From the NCBI RefSeq assembly GCF_934202705.1, contig NZ_CAKPYE010000008.1:12528-76527 (forward strand): a DNA stretch of 64,000 nt. Reading direction: 5' to 3'. The notes below the pieces were generated by a model, which saw only the letters and a list, made by a program, of their open reading frames with translations, had not been told where the DNA came from and did no database searches. Source of the stretch: an uncultured Limosilactobacillus sp. Lineage in GTDB: Bacteria; Bacillota; Bacilli; Lactobacillales; Lactobacillaceae. A program made the position numbers and the translations under genes. This document shows, in pieces, positions 36,249-45,968 of the stretch. Within the stretch, counting starts at the first letter, position 1. Every line of letters begins with the position of its first letter.

Positions 36249-39200
36249 ATGAGTAGTAATAATCGAAAAGAATTAGTACGTAAAATGACAGAACAACGCC
36301 AACGGTTTGCTCTACGCAAGTACACTGTGGGGGTTGCATCAGTATTGATCGGCTTAACCTTTGTAGGGGGGGTAACGGGTCACGCTGATGTTGCGCATGA
36401 ACCAGTTAGTGAAACGAGCGTTAGTCAGCAAAATCAAAATGCAACGAATAAAGCTTCTGATATCGATAGTCATCAGGTAGCGCAGGATACTGACAAAGGG
36501 ACAACTGTATCCGCAACAAGTACGGATCATAAACAGCCAGTTACTACTAATGACACGAACCCAGCAAATAATCAGACAACGTTAGTAGTCAAGAATAAAA
36601 CAACGAACCAGCAGAATGCGGAACATCCTGTTCCTGACCTTTCTGTAAGCAAGACCGCAAGTCGCTATAATGTTAATGATTGGGGTTATTCAACTACCAG
36701 TGATGGAATTATACTGGGTAATTATATTGGTCAGGGAACTGATTTTTATATTCCCAATGCCAAGTCTTTTCGTGATGCTGGTAAGATTACAGCCGGCCAA
36801 AAAGTCTATTTGCGATATGACTTTATCCGTAACCTTGTTCAAACGAGGGGTGCCACCAGCATTTCGATTGAACGGGCAGCGGATGCTAATGACAAGGTTG
36901 TCGCAGTTGGTTACCAGCCTAGCGGTACAAACCTTAATAAGTTGAATGCGGCTTTTGGCGATCCAAATTATTACCATTTTTCTGGTGATCACGCCGAATC
37001 TGGTAATAATATAAGATTGAAAAGTGTCGACTTAGCTGGATTAGATGTCTCGAACATTACCGATATGTCTGGCTTATTTGCTAATGATCAACATCTAGAA
37101 AGTGTTACGGGGTTAGATACTTGGAAATTTTCACCTAACATGGGCGCCGTGGGCCACATGTTTGCCTTTGACACAAATTTAAAGACAATTCAAGGAATTG
37201 AAAATTGGGATACTTCGAACTTTAAATATATCGATAACTTAGTAGTTGGCGATACCAATCTGACCAATTTAAACCTAGGTAATTGGAAGACTGATCAAGT
37301 AATTTTGGCTAACGATATGTTTAATGGCGCTAGTCAATTAACGAATGTTGGTGATCTCTCAGGATGGCAATTAAACAATGCTACTTCGACTGCCAACATG
37401 TTTAAGAAAACTCAAGCCCTGCACAGCGTAGGTAATTTGAGTAGGTGGGGTCTGGCTAAGGATGAATACCTGAACAATATGTTTACTGGTTCTGGTATTA
37501 CTGCGGTCAATGTATCTAACTGGAATCTTAAGAACGGTATTCAGGCCAATGACATGTTTACTGATCTGAAGAACAAGGCCAAGATTACTATGAATGGTGA
37601 TCAGTGGGCTAATGCTGGATTAAAGGCCACAGATTTTAGTGGTAATCAACCATTAATTGTGATTTCTAATGCCTTAAGTCAAGATTTGAACACCCAAAAC
37701 ATCGGTAATAATCAAAAGGGGCATCCAGCGAACACAGTTCATTTCTACGGACGGAATACTAATGGTGCCTCTGAAGAACTTGGCAGTCAGCAAGAGAACT
37801 TCGTTTTTTCTTCCGAGGATGCTTTAGCTGATCAATTAGCTAAAATTGGCCAAAATCCCAACGTGAAAAAAGTGATCTCCAATACTTTATCCGATCAGAC
37901 GATTGCAGAGCCGGAAGGAAACACTGATTTCGATAAATTGGCTGGTAATTACCAGGTGATGGAATCAGTTCATCGTCAATATCGAGTAATTGAAGATTAT
38001 CCTGGAAACATTCATCCAATCCTGACTTTTAATGGTTCTTTTGAACGTCCGATGATTAAAAATGCTGATGGAACATTCACTTATCCAAACTTTGCTGAAC
38101 CTAATGCCACTAATGGGATGAAAGTGGTTGGTAGCTGGACTGATAAAGATGGTCATAATGCACAATATCAAAGTGATCAGACAGCTGGTCAGACAATTTA
38201 TGATTTAGCACCTGATGGTTACACGTTACATTTTCCAAATGGTGCTGACCGTGAACAAATTAATCAAAAGCGGTGGGCAGAAGTGGAACAACCAATTTGG
38301 CTCAAGAATTGGTATGTTCGTGATCATGTCAATGCAGACTGGAAGAAAGACAACCATTTGACGGTTGACATTTTCCAAGGGTCTGAATCGGTTGCTGAAA
38401 TGCCAACGGATCAAGATTTCCATATTACGTACACCGCAAATCCGCAATCAATTCAGTACCAATTCGTTGATGATGATAAAAAGGATTCTCAGGGTAATCC
38501 CACACCAGTTAAATCGTTTACCGTTACTGGTGTAACTCATCAAACGGTTGACCCAAGCCAGACGGTTAAGGTTCCTGATAACTACAAATTAGCTGCTGGT
38601 GAATCAATTCCGACTAATTATAAATTTAAGGCATCAAATAATGAACCAGTAACGATCCGCTTGGTTCATAAAACACAAGATGTTACTACGGCCGAAAAGA
38701 ATGATCCGGTAACGTCAACTTTCCATATTATTGAAAACTTGCCAGATGGTACTCAGAAGACAATCTGGACACTGATAACGACTCAGTATCGGCAGGCTAC
38801 CAAAGACTTGGTAACTGGCAAAATCACTTATGGTAAGTACACGGATGTTTCAGGTAAGGGTGAAGATCCGAATAACTCATATGAAATGAGAGGGCAGGAT
38901 TGGCATCAAGGTCGAACAACCGCGCCAAATGATGGAACCGCTGGAACTGGTTCATACGATGTTATTAATGGTTACACTGCTCAATTAAATGAGAACAAGC
39001 TTCCTGCAGCGTCCACGCCGTTACACATTACTTACAATCAATCTAATCACACCTTTTACGTAGACGTTTACTATGGACAGCAACCAGTTGATGAATTCCC
39101 GAAGAGTAAAGATTTCTATATTGACTACGTTGGCAATGATACTCATCAGGACTACCGCTATCTTTACACTGATCGGGATGGTCATCAACATGTGATCGGT

Positions 39201-40565
39201 AGCGATGGTCAGGTTATGACAGATCCTAATGCGATTTCGACAACCGTACATGGTAAGACGGGTGCAGAGATTTCTGTTCCTTCTTTACCGGCTGGCTGGG
39301 TAACTGAAGATGGTAAAGCAGTTTCCGGTGGTAAGTTCAAACCACAAAATGAGGAAACAACGATTCAAGTTAGAGTTAAGCATAACCAAATCCCTGTAAC
39401 ACCGGATCAAGTAACCAAGGATCATCCTTTGAAGGGTGACGGCACCAAGGTTCCTGGTGATGATAAGGCTAAAGACGACATTACCTATAGTGACTTGCAT
39501 AAGACGATTACGCGGACAATTACGATCACTAAGCCAGGTAAACAACCATATTCAAAGACGCAAACTGTTACGTTAACACGAAATGCAACGATTGATGATG
39601 TTACTGGCGATGTTCACTACGGTGCTTGGTCAACAGATACCTTCCCAGAATTTGATGAGGTGCCAGCTGTTCCAGGCTACACAGCATCGCAAACTAAAGT
39701 AGATGCTGCATCAGCTAGTGTTCAGACTGGTGATCAGGTCGTTAACATTAGTTATACGGCTAACGATCAAACTGGGAAGATTTCCTACGTAGATGATCAA
39801 GGTAACGAAGTTGGATCAACACTATTAACGGGGAAGACTGGCGAGCAAGTACCAGTTAATGTGCAAATTCCAGCCGGTTGGCGTCAAGTAGATGGTCAAC
39901 GTGTTCCTGACCATGTTACGGTCGGCGCTGATGGTGTACCAACTGTTTCCGTTAAGGTTGAACATGCTAGAGTTACCGTGCAACCGACTGATCCAAAGAC
40001 GGCAGCCGACAAATTGCCAGATAATCCAGCTAAGCGGTACCCAAGTGGAGTTAGTCATGATGACTTAAATAAGACGATTACGCGGACAATCACGATTGTA
40101 AAACCAGATGGGACTCAAGAAAGTCATCAGCAAAGTGCCCACTTAACGCGGACAGCAACCGTGGACGAAGTTACTGGTAAAGTCACGTATGGCCAATGGA
40201 GTACGGGGCATTGGGATGACTATGCAGTTCCAGAAGTCCCTGGTTATGTGCCGAGCCAAAACGTAGTTGCTGGTCAGGACGTAACTATTAATACCGTTAG
40301 TGGCTCAACTAAGATTCATTACACTGCGAACTTTCAAGGGCACGACAATGGTTCTACTCGCAATGATAATAATGGTCAGTCTCAGCTTAATCACAGTACT
40401 GATACTAAATCTGTTCTAGCTAAGAGCAGTGGTACGCAATCTCAACATCAATTACCACAAACGGGTAATGACCAAGATGCTCGTCTAGGAGCAGTTGGAT
40501 TAACCCTTGCTAGCTTGACTGGTCTCTTCGGTTTGGCCAAGCTTGGTAAAAAGAAAACGGATTAG
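36249..40565 (+). CDS. LPXTG-anchored cell-surface adhesin with BspA/DUF285-type LRRs and MucBP / Mub-B2-like repeats
   Basis: 1438 aa. Signal RFALRKYTVGVASVLIGLTF. LRR block at about aa 260-440 (NITDMSGLFAN, NLGNWKTDQV). MucBP-like ITYTANPQSIQYQFVDDD and ISYTANDQTGKISYVDDQGNEV. Two ~75-aa repeats (DLHKTITRTITITKP... / DLNKTITRTITIVKP...). LPQTG + hydrophobic stretch + KKKTD. Confidence 0.85.
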   Translation: MSSNNRKELVRKMTEQRQRFALRKYTVGVASVLIGLTFVGGVTGHADVAHEPVSETSVSQQNQNATNKASDIDSHQVAQDTDKGTTVSATSTDHKQPVTTNDTNPANNQTTLVVKNKTTNQQNAEHPVPDLSVSKTASRYNVNDWGYSTTSDGIILGNYIGQGTDFYIPNAKSFRDAGKITAGQKVYLRYDFIRNLVQTRGATSISIERAADANDKVVAVGYQPSGTNLNKLNAAFGDPNYYHFSGDHAESGNNIRLKSVDLAGLDVSNITDMSGLFANDQHLESVTGLDTWKFSPNMGAVGHMFAFDTNLKTIQGIENWDTSNFKYIDNLVVGDTNLTNLNLGNWKTDQVILANDMFNGASQLTNVGDLSGWQLNNATSTANMFKKTQALHSVGNLSRWGLAKDEYLNNMFTGSGITAVNVSNWNLKNGIQANDMFTDLKNKAKITMNGDQWANAGLKATDFSGNQPLIVISNALSQDLNTQNIGNNQKGHPANTVHFYGRNTNGASEELGSQQENFVFSSEDALADQLAKIGQNPNVKKVISNTLSDQTIAEPEGNTDFDKLAGNYQVMESVHRQYRVIEDYPGNIHPILTFNGSFERPMIKNADGTFTYPNFAEPNATNGMKVVGSWTDKDGHNAQYQSDQTAGQTIYDLAPDGYTLHFPNGADREQINQKRWAEVEQPIWLKNWYVRDHVNADWKKDNHLTVDIFQGSESVAEMPTDQDFHITYTANPQSIQYQFVDDDKKDSQGNPTPVKSFTVTGVTHQTVDPSQTVKVPDNYKLAAGESIPTNYKFKASNNEPVTIRLVHKTQDVTTAEKNDPVTSTFHIIENLPDGTQKTIWTLITTQYRQATKDLVTGKITYGKYTDVSGKGEDPNNSYEMRGQDWHQGRTTAPNDGTAGTGSYDVINGYTAQLNENKLPAASTPLHITYNQSNHTFYVDVYYGQQPVDEFPKSKDFYIDYVGNDTHQDYRYLYTDRDGHQHVIGSDGQVMTDPNAISTTVHGKTGAEISVPSLPAGWVTEDGKAVSGGKFKPQNEETTIQVRVKHNQIPVTPDQVTKDHPLKGDGTKVPGDDKAKDDITYSDLHKTITRTITITKPGKQPYSKTQTVTLTRNATIDDVTGDVHYGAWSTDTFPEFDEVPAVPGYTASQTKVDAASASVQTGDQVVNISYTANDQTGKISYVDDQGNEVGSTLLTGKTGEQVPVNVQIPAGWRQVDGQRVPDHVTVGADGVPTVSVKVEHARVTVQPTDPKTAADKLPDNPAKRYPSGVSHDDLNKTITRTITIVKPDGTQESHQQSAHLTRTATVDEVTGKVTYGQWSTGHWDDYAVPEVPGYVPSQNVVAGQDVTINTVSGSTKIHYTANFQGHDNGSTRNDNNGQSQLNHSTDTKSVLAKSSGTQSQHQLPQTGNDQDARLGAVGLTLASLTGLFGLAKLGKKKTD

Positions 40566-40601
40566 CAAATTAATCATGTTGCTTTTTCGCTGATTTTTAA
40601 A

Positions 40602-40637
40602 ACGACTCAAGAGGATCTGACTCTTGGGTCGTTTTTT
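40602..40637 (+). terminator. Rho-independent terminator
   Basis: acgactcaagag (40602-40613) / ctcttgggtcgt (40621-40632) plus T-run. Confidence 0.85.
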
Positions 40638-40700
40638 GTGGGTTGATTTAGTATAATAAGTTATTGTGAACGCATTCAGGTTGTAAAAGGAGGAACTGTA

Positions 40701-41936
40701 ATGCAATATGCAGGGAAATCACCAGCTTTATGGAAAGCAATTCGGCACGAAGAAGAACGTCAACAATCCACAATTGAGTTAATTGCTTCTGAAAATATTG
40801 TATCTGACGCTGTTCGCGAAGCGCAAGGATCAGTATTAACTAATAAGTATGCGGAAGGTTATCCAGAGAAGCGTTATTACGGTGGTTGTCAGTACATTGA
40901 CCAAGTTGAACAGTTGGCGATTGATGAAGCCAAAAAATTATTTGGTGCTAAGTTTGCCAATGTTCAGCCACACTCTGGATCACAAGCTAACATGGCGGTT
41001 TACCAGGCCCTTTTAAAACCGGGTGATACGATTTTAGGCATGGGGATGGATGCTGGCGGACACTTAACCCATGGTTCCAAAGTCAATTTTTCTGGGAAAA
41101 TTTATCAATCGTATGGCTATGGCTTAAATCCAGACACTGAGGAGCTTGATTTTGACGAAATTCGTGAACTGGCTGAGAACGTCCAGCCACAATTAATTGT
41201 TGCTGGAGCTTCGGCTTACAGTAAAATTATTGATTGGCAGAAATTCCGCGACATTGCGGACGAAGTTGGGGCTTACCTAATGGTTGATATGGCGCACATT
41301 GCTGGTTTAGTTGCCGCTGGCTATCACCCAAGCCCAGTGCCGGTTGCAGACGTAGTGACGACGACTACTCATAAGACGCTTCGGGGTCCCCGCGGCGGAA
41401 TGATTTTAAGTAATTCATTGGAAATTGGCAAAAAGATTAATTCGGCACTTTTCCCAGGAATTCAAGGTGGCCCGTTAGAACACGTCATTGCAGGAAAGGC
41501 ACAAGCATTTTATGAAGACCTGCAACCTCAATTTAAGGATTATATTGGTCAAGTGGTGAAAAATGCTACGGCCATGGCAGATGAGTTTGACCAAGCAACC
41601 AATTTGCGCGTTGTTTCTGGCGGAACAGAAAATCATTTACTTGTTTTGGACATTACCAAAACTGGATTAACTGGTAAAGACGCTCAGGCGTTGCTAGATC
41701 ATGTGCACATTACAACCAATAAAGAGGCGATTCCGAATGATCCACGGAGTCCCTTTGTAACCAGCGGGTTACGAATTGGGACGCCTGCGATTACCAGTCG
41801 TGGTTTCGTAGAAAGTGATGTTCGTAAAGTAGCCGACTTAATTGCTCAAATCTTAAATGATCCGGAAAACACGGCAGTTCAAAAATCAGTTGCTAAAGGA
41901 GTTCAAGCCTTAACCAATCGATACCCAATTAACTAA
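40701..41936 (+). CDS. glyA: serine hydroxymethyltransferase
   Basis: 411 aa. [21 protein letters not shown]-lysine motif. SD aaaggagga. Confidence 0.95.
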   Translation: MQYAGKSPALWKAIRHEEERQQSTIELIASENIVSDAVREAQGSVLTNKYAEGYPEKRYYGGCQYIDQVEQLAIDEAKKLFGAKFANVQPHSGSQANMAVYQALLKPGDTILGMGMDAGGHLTHGSKVNFSGKIYQSYGYGLNPDTEELDFDEIRELAENVQPQLIVAGASAYSKIIDWQKFRDIADEVGAYLMVDMAHIAGLVAAGYHPSPVPVADVVTTTTHKTLRGPRGGMILSNSLEIGKKINSALFPGIQGGPLEHVIAGKAQAFYEDLQPQFKDYIGQVVKNATAMADEFDQATNLRVVSGGTENHLLVLDITKTGLTGKDAQALLDHVHITTNKEAIPNDPRSPFVTSGLRIGTPAITSRGFVESDVRKVADLIAQILNDPENTAVQKSVAKGVQALTNRYPIN

Positions 41937-41949
41937 AAGCGAGTTAGTC

Positions 41950-42579
41950 ATGACAAGAAAAGAAGAAGCGTATGAGTATATTCGTGGTGCCATTGTGCAT
42001 AACGAATTTCATCCTAATGAAGTTATTTCCGAAAACCAAATTACTGATCAATTGAATATGAGTCGGACTCCGGTGAGGGAAGCGTTAAAGCAATTAGAAT
42101 CAGATGGTCTGATTGAAATGCGAGGACGAGAAAACATTGTGACTCCATTAACTGTTGATGCAGTCCAGGAGGTTTATGAATTACGCAGTCTCTTAGAAAC
42201 TTTCGCCCTTAAAAAGACAATTAATTTAATTCCAATTGTGCGGTTAAATGAGTTGGAAGAGCATTTTGAGCAGGCAGCTGCCAAAAATGATTGGGACGAA
42301 TATCTCCAGGTGGACACCGCTTTTCATGAACTCATTACGCATATTGCAGGACATCCGCGGCTGGCCCAGTTTTTAGGGATTCTTAAGGCCCAGACGGCCC
42401 GAACCCGGCACGTAAGTTCATATAATCCTAACCGGATGAGTCGGTCGCTGGAGGAACACAAGGAAATTATCAAGTGGTTACGGCAACGGAACCTGGATGA
42501 AGCAGAAAAAGCCCTTGCCTATCATTTACAACGGGTTTATGATTCTGTTCGTTCGTATCTAAACTATCTGAATGACTAG
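41950..42579 (+). CDS. GntR-family transcriptional regulator (FadR/FCD subfamily)
   Basis: N-terminal wHTH SENQITDQLNMSRTPVREALKQLESDGLI. Helical FCD-type C-terminal domain. Confidence 0.85.
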   Translation: MTRKEEAYEYIRGAIVHNEFHPNEVISENQITDQLNMSRTPVREALKQLESDGLIEMRGRENIVTPLTVDAVQEVYELRSLLETFALKKTINLIPIVRLNELEEHFEQAAAKNDWDEYLQVDTAFHELITHIAGHPRLAQFLGILKAQTARTRHVSSYNPNRMSRSLEEHKEIIKWLRQRNLDEAEKALAYHLQRVYDSVRSYLNYLND

Positions 42580-42593
42580 AAAAGGGTTTTAAT

Positions 42594-43361
42594 ATGTTTA
42601 CCATTCCATCGGTTGGGACAATTTGTTACTTAGTATTTGGCGGTGTCATTGCTGGGATCTTAGCTTCAGCAGCGTCCTTCGCGTCACTGGCATCATACCC
42701 ATTATTGCTGAGTGTGGGGGTGCCGCCAGTCTTAGCTAACGTTACTAATGACGGAGCATTAATCTGGGGAAGTTTGGGCTCAATTCTCGGCTCACTCCGT
42801 GAATTACATGGTTACTGGCGTCAAGTGTTATATTATGCCTTGTTTACGGTGATTGGTTCGGCGATTGGTTGCTGGTTATTGTTAGCTTTTCCAAGTGCCA
42901 TTTTTGAAAAGGTCGTTCCTTTCTTTATTCTCATTGCCGGGACATTGGTTTTAGTATCTGGAAAGCATCAGCCCAACCCACAGCGCCAGCATTCCATTGG
43001 GGAACGTTGTTTCTACACAATTTGCTTAGTGCTAGTAGGAATTTATGCTGGTTACTTTGGTGCCGCTAGCGGAATTGTGGTGCTGGTTTTACTGACGTAC
43101 TTAACAGAAGAAAAATTTGTGGTTGTCAATGCTTTAAAGAACGCAGTCGGGGCGTTCACTAATTTAGCAGCTTTGATCATCTATGCGTTTACTTCCCATA
43201 TTCTCTGGTGGGATGCGATTCCAATGGCGGTGGGGATGTTCATTGGCGGTTATTTGGGACCAATTGTGGTTCGACATGTTTCCGCCAAACTAATGCGATG
43301 GATTATTGCGATTTTAGCGGTTACCCAAGCCCTAATTTATTTCAAACAAGCCTATCTTTAA
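42594..43361 (+). CDS. TauE/SafE-family anion (sulfite) exporter
   Basis: 255 aa, about 8 TM with an internal two-fold pattern typical of TauE/SafE (DUF81). Confidence 0.75.
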   Translation: MFTIPSVGTICYLVFGGVIAGILASAASFASLASYPLLLSVGVPPVLANVTNDGALIWGSLGSILGSLRELHGYWRQVLYYALFTVIGSAIGCWLLLAFPSAIFEKVVPFFILIAGTLVLVSGKHQPNPQRQHSIGERCFYTICLVLVGIYAGYFGAASGIVVLVLLTYLTEEKFVVVNALKNAVGAFTNLAALIIYAFTSHILWWDAIPMAVGMFIGGYLGPIVVRHVSAKLMRWIIAILAVTQALIYFKQAYL

Positions 43362-43533
43362 TTGGCTGAATAATTGATCACGCTTTGCTCAAGTGATGAG
43401 TGAGGCGTTTTTTATTTCGTGAAATTCTCAACTTGTTTAGCTTAACAATCGCTGGTTACGCTAAAGTTTGTGAAAAGCTCCACAAAAATTATTAGAAAGG
43501 GTTGAAATATTAATATTATTTGTTAGTATATTG

Positions 43534-43545
43534 CTTGTATACAAG
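43534..43545. promoter_or_regulatory. perfect 12-bp palindrome cttgtatacaag, candidate GntR-type operator at the promoter of the AEC transporter operon
   Basis: Lies just 3' of the promoter-like ttgaaa (43502-43507)...tatatt. The GT-N-AC core fits the FadR/GntR operator consensus. A GntR gene is 1 kb upstream. Confidence 0.4.
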
Positions 43546-43645
43546 TTGTCGACACAATGTATTTATTTAAAGAAATATTATTGCATCGCAATAACAGCAA
43601 TTATTTTTAGTATTAAATCATTATCTAATCTCAGGGGGACAGATT

Positions 43646-44719
43646 ATGAATATCGGTAGCGCCATTGTTAAGACGTTCACTAACCAGGCGATCGTCAGTG
43701 CAATTACTTCAACGATTTTTATTATTTTACTTGGTTTCTTTCTTCGCAAACGGGGAGTTTTCGGTCCAAAATTTGGTAAAGTTTTGACGAAAGTTGTTCT
43801 GTCGGTTGCGATTGCTGCTCTATCCTTTAATTCCTTCATGCAACCAATTAATGAAAAATCGATGCATCAAGGAATTGGGGTGCTCGTTTGGGGATTTATC
43901 ATTTACATTTTGTTGATCTTTATTTCACCACTGCTTTATTCAGGACAAAAGCGTGATCGGAAAGAAGTTATGGGAATTTTGACGACTTTTGGCTCCACGA
44001 CTTTCTTTGGAATTCCGATCGTTGGGGCAATTTATGGTGCCGAAGGGGTTCTCTACAGTTCAATCTTTAACATCGGTTATCGGATCTTCCTATACTCATA
44101 CGCCTACATTAAGATGTCTGGTTTAAAGATGGAAAAGGACAACATTAAAAAGATGTTCTTAAACCCAATTGTGATCGCTACCTTGCTTGGTTTTATTCTT
44201 TGGCTGATTCAACCATTAATGCCAACAGTCACGGTCCCATTGATGAAGAATGGGGTTGCTGCTGGTGGATTAACTCAAGTAGCTTTCTACCGAATCGATC
44301 AAACTGCCGTTTGGCTGTGGCGGCCATTGAACTATCTATCATCCCTTGCTTCACCACTAGCATGGTTAGCCATTGGTTGTACATTAGGTTCAATTTCTAT
44401 TAAGGAAGCTGTTACTAACAAATTATCTTGGTACTACTCATTCAACAAGGTTATTATCGTTCCATTACTAAACTTAGTAATCTTACTAATCTTAAACGCA
44501 ATGCACATCTTGCCATTAAACTATGTTGCGATTGCAACCGTAGTTATTATGATGGCGACACCTACAGCGACGGTCGCAGCTGCATACGCCATTAGTTATG
44601 ACCGGGAAGCTATTTTGACTTCTAACTCATCATTGCTATCGACGGTTTCTGCGGTTATTATGATGCCAATTTGGATTGCGCTATTAGGGATTTTACAATC
44701 CGCCGGAATTTTCCACTAA
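43646..44719 (+). CDS. AEC (auxin efflux carrier) family transporter, malate/organic-acid permease-like
   Basis: 357 aa, about 10 TM in two halves. SD aggggga. Confidence 0.8.
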   Translation: MNIGSAIVKTFTNQAIVSAITSTIFIILLGFFLRKRGVFGPKFGKVLTKVVLSVAIAALSFNSFMQPINEKSMHQGIGVLVWGFIIYILLIFISPLLYSGQKRDRKEVMGILTTFGSTTFFGIPIVGAIYGAEGVLYSSIFNIGYRIFLYSYAYIKMSGLKMEKDNIKKMFLNPIVIATLLGFILWLIQPLMPTVTVPLMKNGVAAGGLTQVAFYRIDQTAVWLWRPLNYLSSLASPLAWLAIGCTLGSISIKEAVTNKLSWYYSFNKVIIVPLLNLVILLILNAMHILPLNYVAIATVVIMMATPTATVAAAYAISYDREAILTSNSSLLSTVSAVIMMPIWIALLGILQSAGIFH

Positions 44720-44750
44720 GCTTTAATTGTTCTAGAAAGGAAGTTACATC

Positions 44751-45752
44751 ATGAAGATTGTTTGTTATGGGGTTCGTCCAATTGAAGAACCATACTTCAA
44801 AAAATTAAACAAGTATGATTTCGATCTGAAGCTAGTTACTGAATTTTTAACTGATGACAATGTTGATGAAGCAAAAGGGATGGACGCAGTTCTGATTCGT
44901 GGTAACTGTGCAGCCTCAGCGAAGAACTTGCGGATTTTTGCTGAAGATTATGGGATTAAATATGTCTTTACGCGGTCAGTCGGTTACAACCATATTGATT
45001 TAAAAGCAGCGAAGAAGTTAGGAATCCAGATTGCTCGAGTACCAAACTATTCACCATATGCGGTTGCTGAATTAGCAATGACTCTGGGCATGCAATTATT
45101 CCGTCATACGAATATTGCCACGACTGATAGTGCGGTGGGTAACTTTACTGTGACACCAAAGTTATTTAGCAAAGAAATCCATTCATCAACCGTTGGAATT
45201 ATCGGTGCTGGTAAGATTGGGACTGCTGAAGCACGCTTGTATGCAGGCATGGGGACAAAGGTCTTGGCTTCAGATGCACATCCATCCAAGCAAGCCGGTG
45301 AATATGTCGAATTTAAGCCATTAGATGAGGTCTTAGCTGAGAGTGACATTGTTTCAGTCCATATTCCATACTTTCCAGGCGAAAATGAAAACTTCATTGA
45401 TGCTGATTTCTTGAAAAAGATGAAGCCTTCAGCAATTCTAGTTAATACTGCCCGGGGAGAGATTGCAGATACTAAAGCAATTGCCAATGCCGTGAAAAAC
45501 GGTGAAATTGCTGGCTATGCTGGCGACGTTACTGTTGACGAAAAGGATATCATGGGACACCAGTTCAATTCGGTTGATGAAATTCCAAACGCTGACGTTC
45601 GTGATTTAGCAAAGTTATATCCAAAGGTATTGCTGACCCCGCACATGGGTTCATTTACTGAACCAGCGCTGGAGGATATGATTTCAATTAGTTTTGAAAA
45701 TTTCCATGAAACCTTTACGACCGGGACTAATCAGAATGTTTTAGAGGCTTAG
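44751..45752 (+). CDS. D-isomer-specific 2-hydroxyacid dehydrogenase (D-lactate dehydrogenase-like)
   Basis: 333 aa. NAD motif GIIGAGKIGTA. Catalytic region NTARGE...TPHMGSFT. Confidence 0.85.
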   Translation: MKIVCYGVRPIEEPYFKKLNKYDFDLKLVTEFLTDDNVDEAKGMDAVLIRGNCAASAKNLRIFAEDYGIKYVFTRSVGYNHIDLKAAKKLGIQIARVPNYSPYAVAELAMTLGMQLFRHTNIATTDSAVGNFTVTPKLFSKEIHSSTVGIIGAGKIGTAEARLYAGMGTKVLASDAHPSKQAGEYVEFKPLDEVLAESDIVSVHIPYFPGENENFIDADFLKKMKPSAILVNTARGEIADTKAIANAVKNGEIAGYAGDVTVDEKDIMGHQFNSVDEIPNADVRDLAKLYPKVLLTPHMGSFTEPALEDMISISFENFHETFTTGTNQNVLEA

Positions 45753-45802
45753 TTACTCAATCAGTAATTTAAGTTATGGCAAAGTCATTTTAAATGTTGT
45801 GG

Positions 45803-45932
45803 TTGATTTAAAAATAACAATATAGTAGAATCTTTGTGTAATCTTTTTTAAAGACGTCTAGTATTGATGAACTTAATACTAACACGGGGAGCAGGGGGTA
45901 CCTATCTATAACCAGATAGGTACTCCTTTTTT
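45803..45932 (+). promoter_or_regulatory. promoter + leader + intrinsic terminator (candidate attenuator) upstream of MFS exporter
   Basis: ttgatt (45803-45808), 17 nt, tagaat (45826-45831). Hairpin tagtatt (45859-45865) / aatacta (45875-45881). 14-codon ORF 45867-45911. Terminator gtacctatct (45898-45907) / agataggtac (45914-45923) plus T6 to 45932. The MFS ATG at 45969 has no room for its own promoter. Confidence 0.55.
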
Positions 45933-45968
45933 GTGTCTTCAAATAATTGAAAAGAGGTTATCAAATCA

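Noticed and set aside
36670-40058. Multiple 60-100-aa ORFs on both strands inside the adhesin gene, and similar nested ORFs inside hsdR, cydD, the UbiB-like gene and others
   Set aside because: They are fully embedded in long, well-supported genes, lack SDs and have low-complexity translations. They are typical shadow ORFs.
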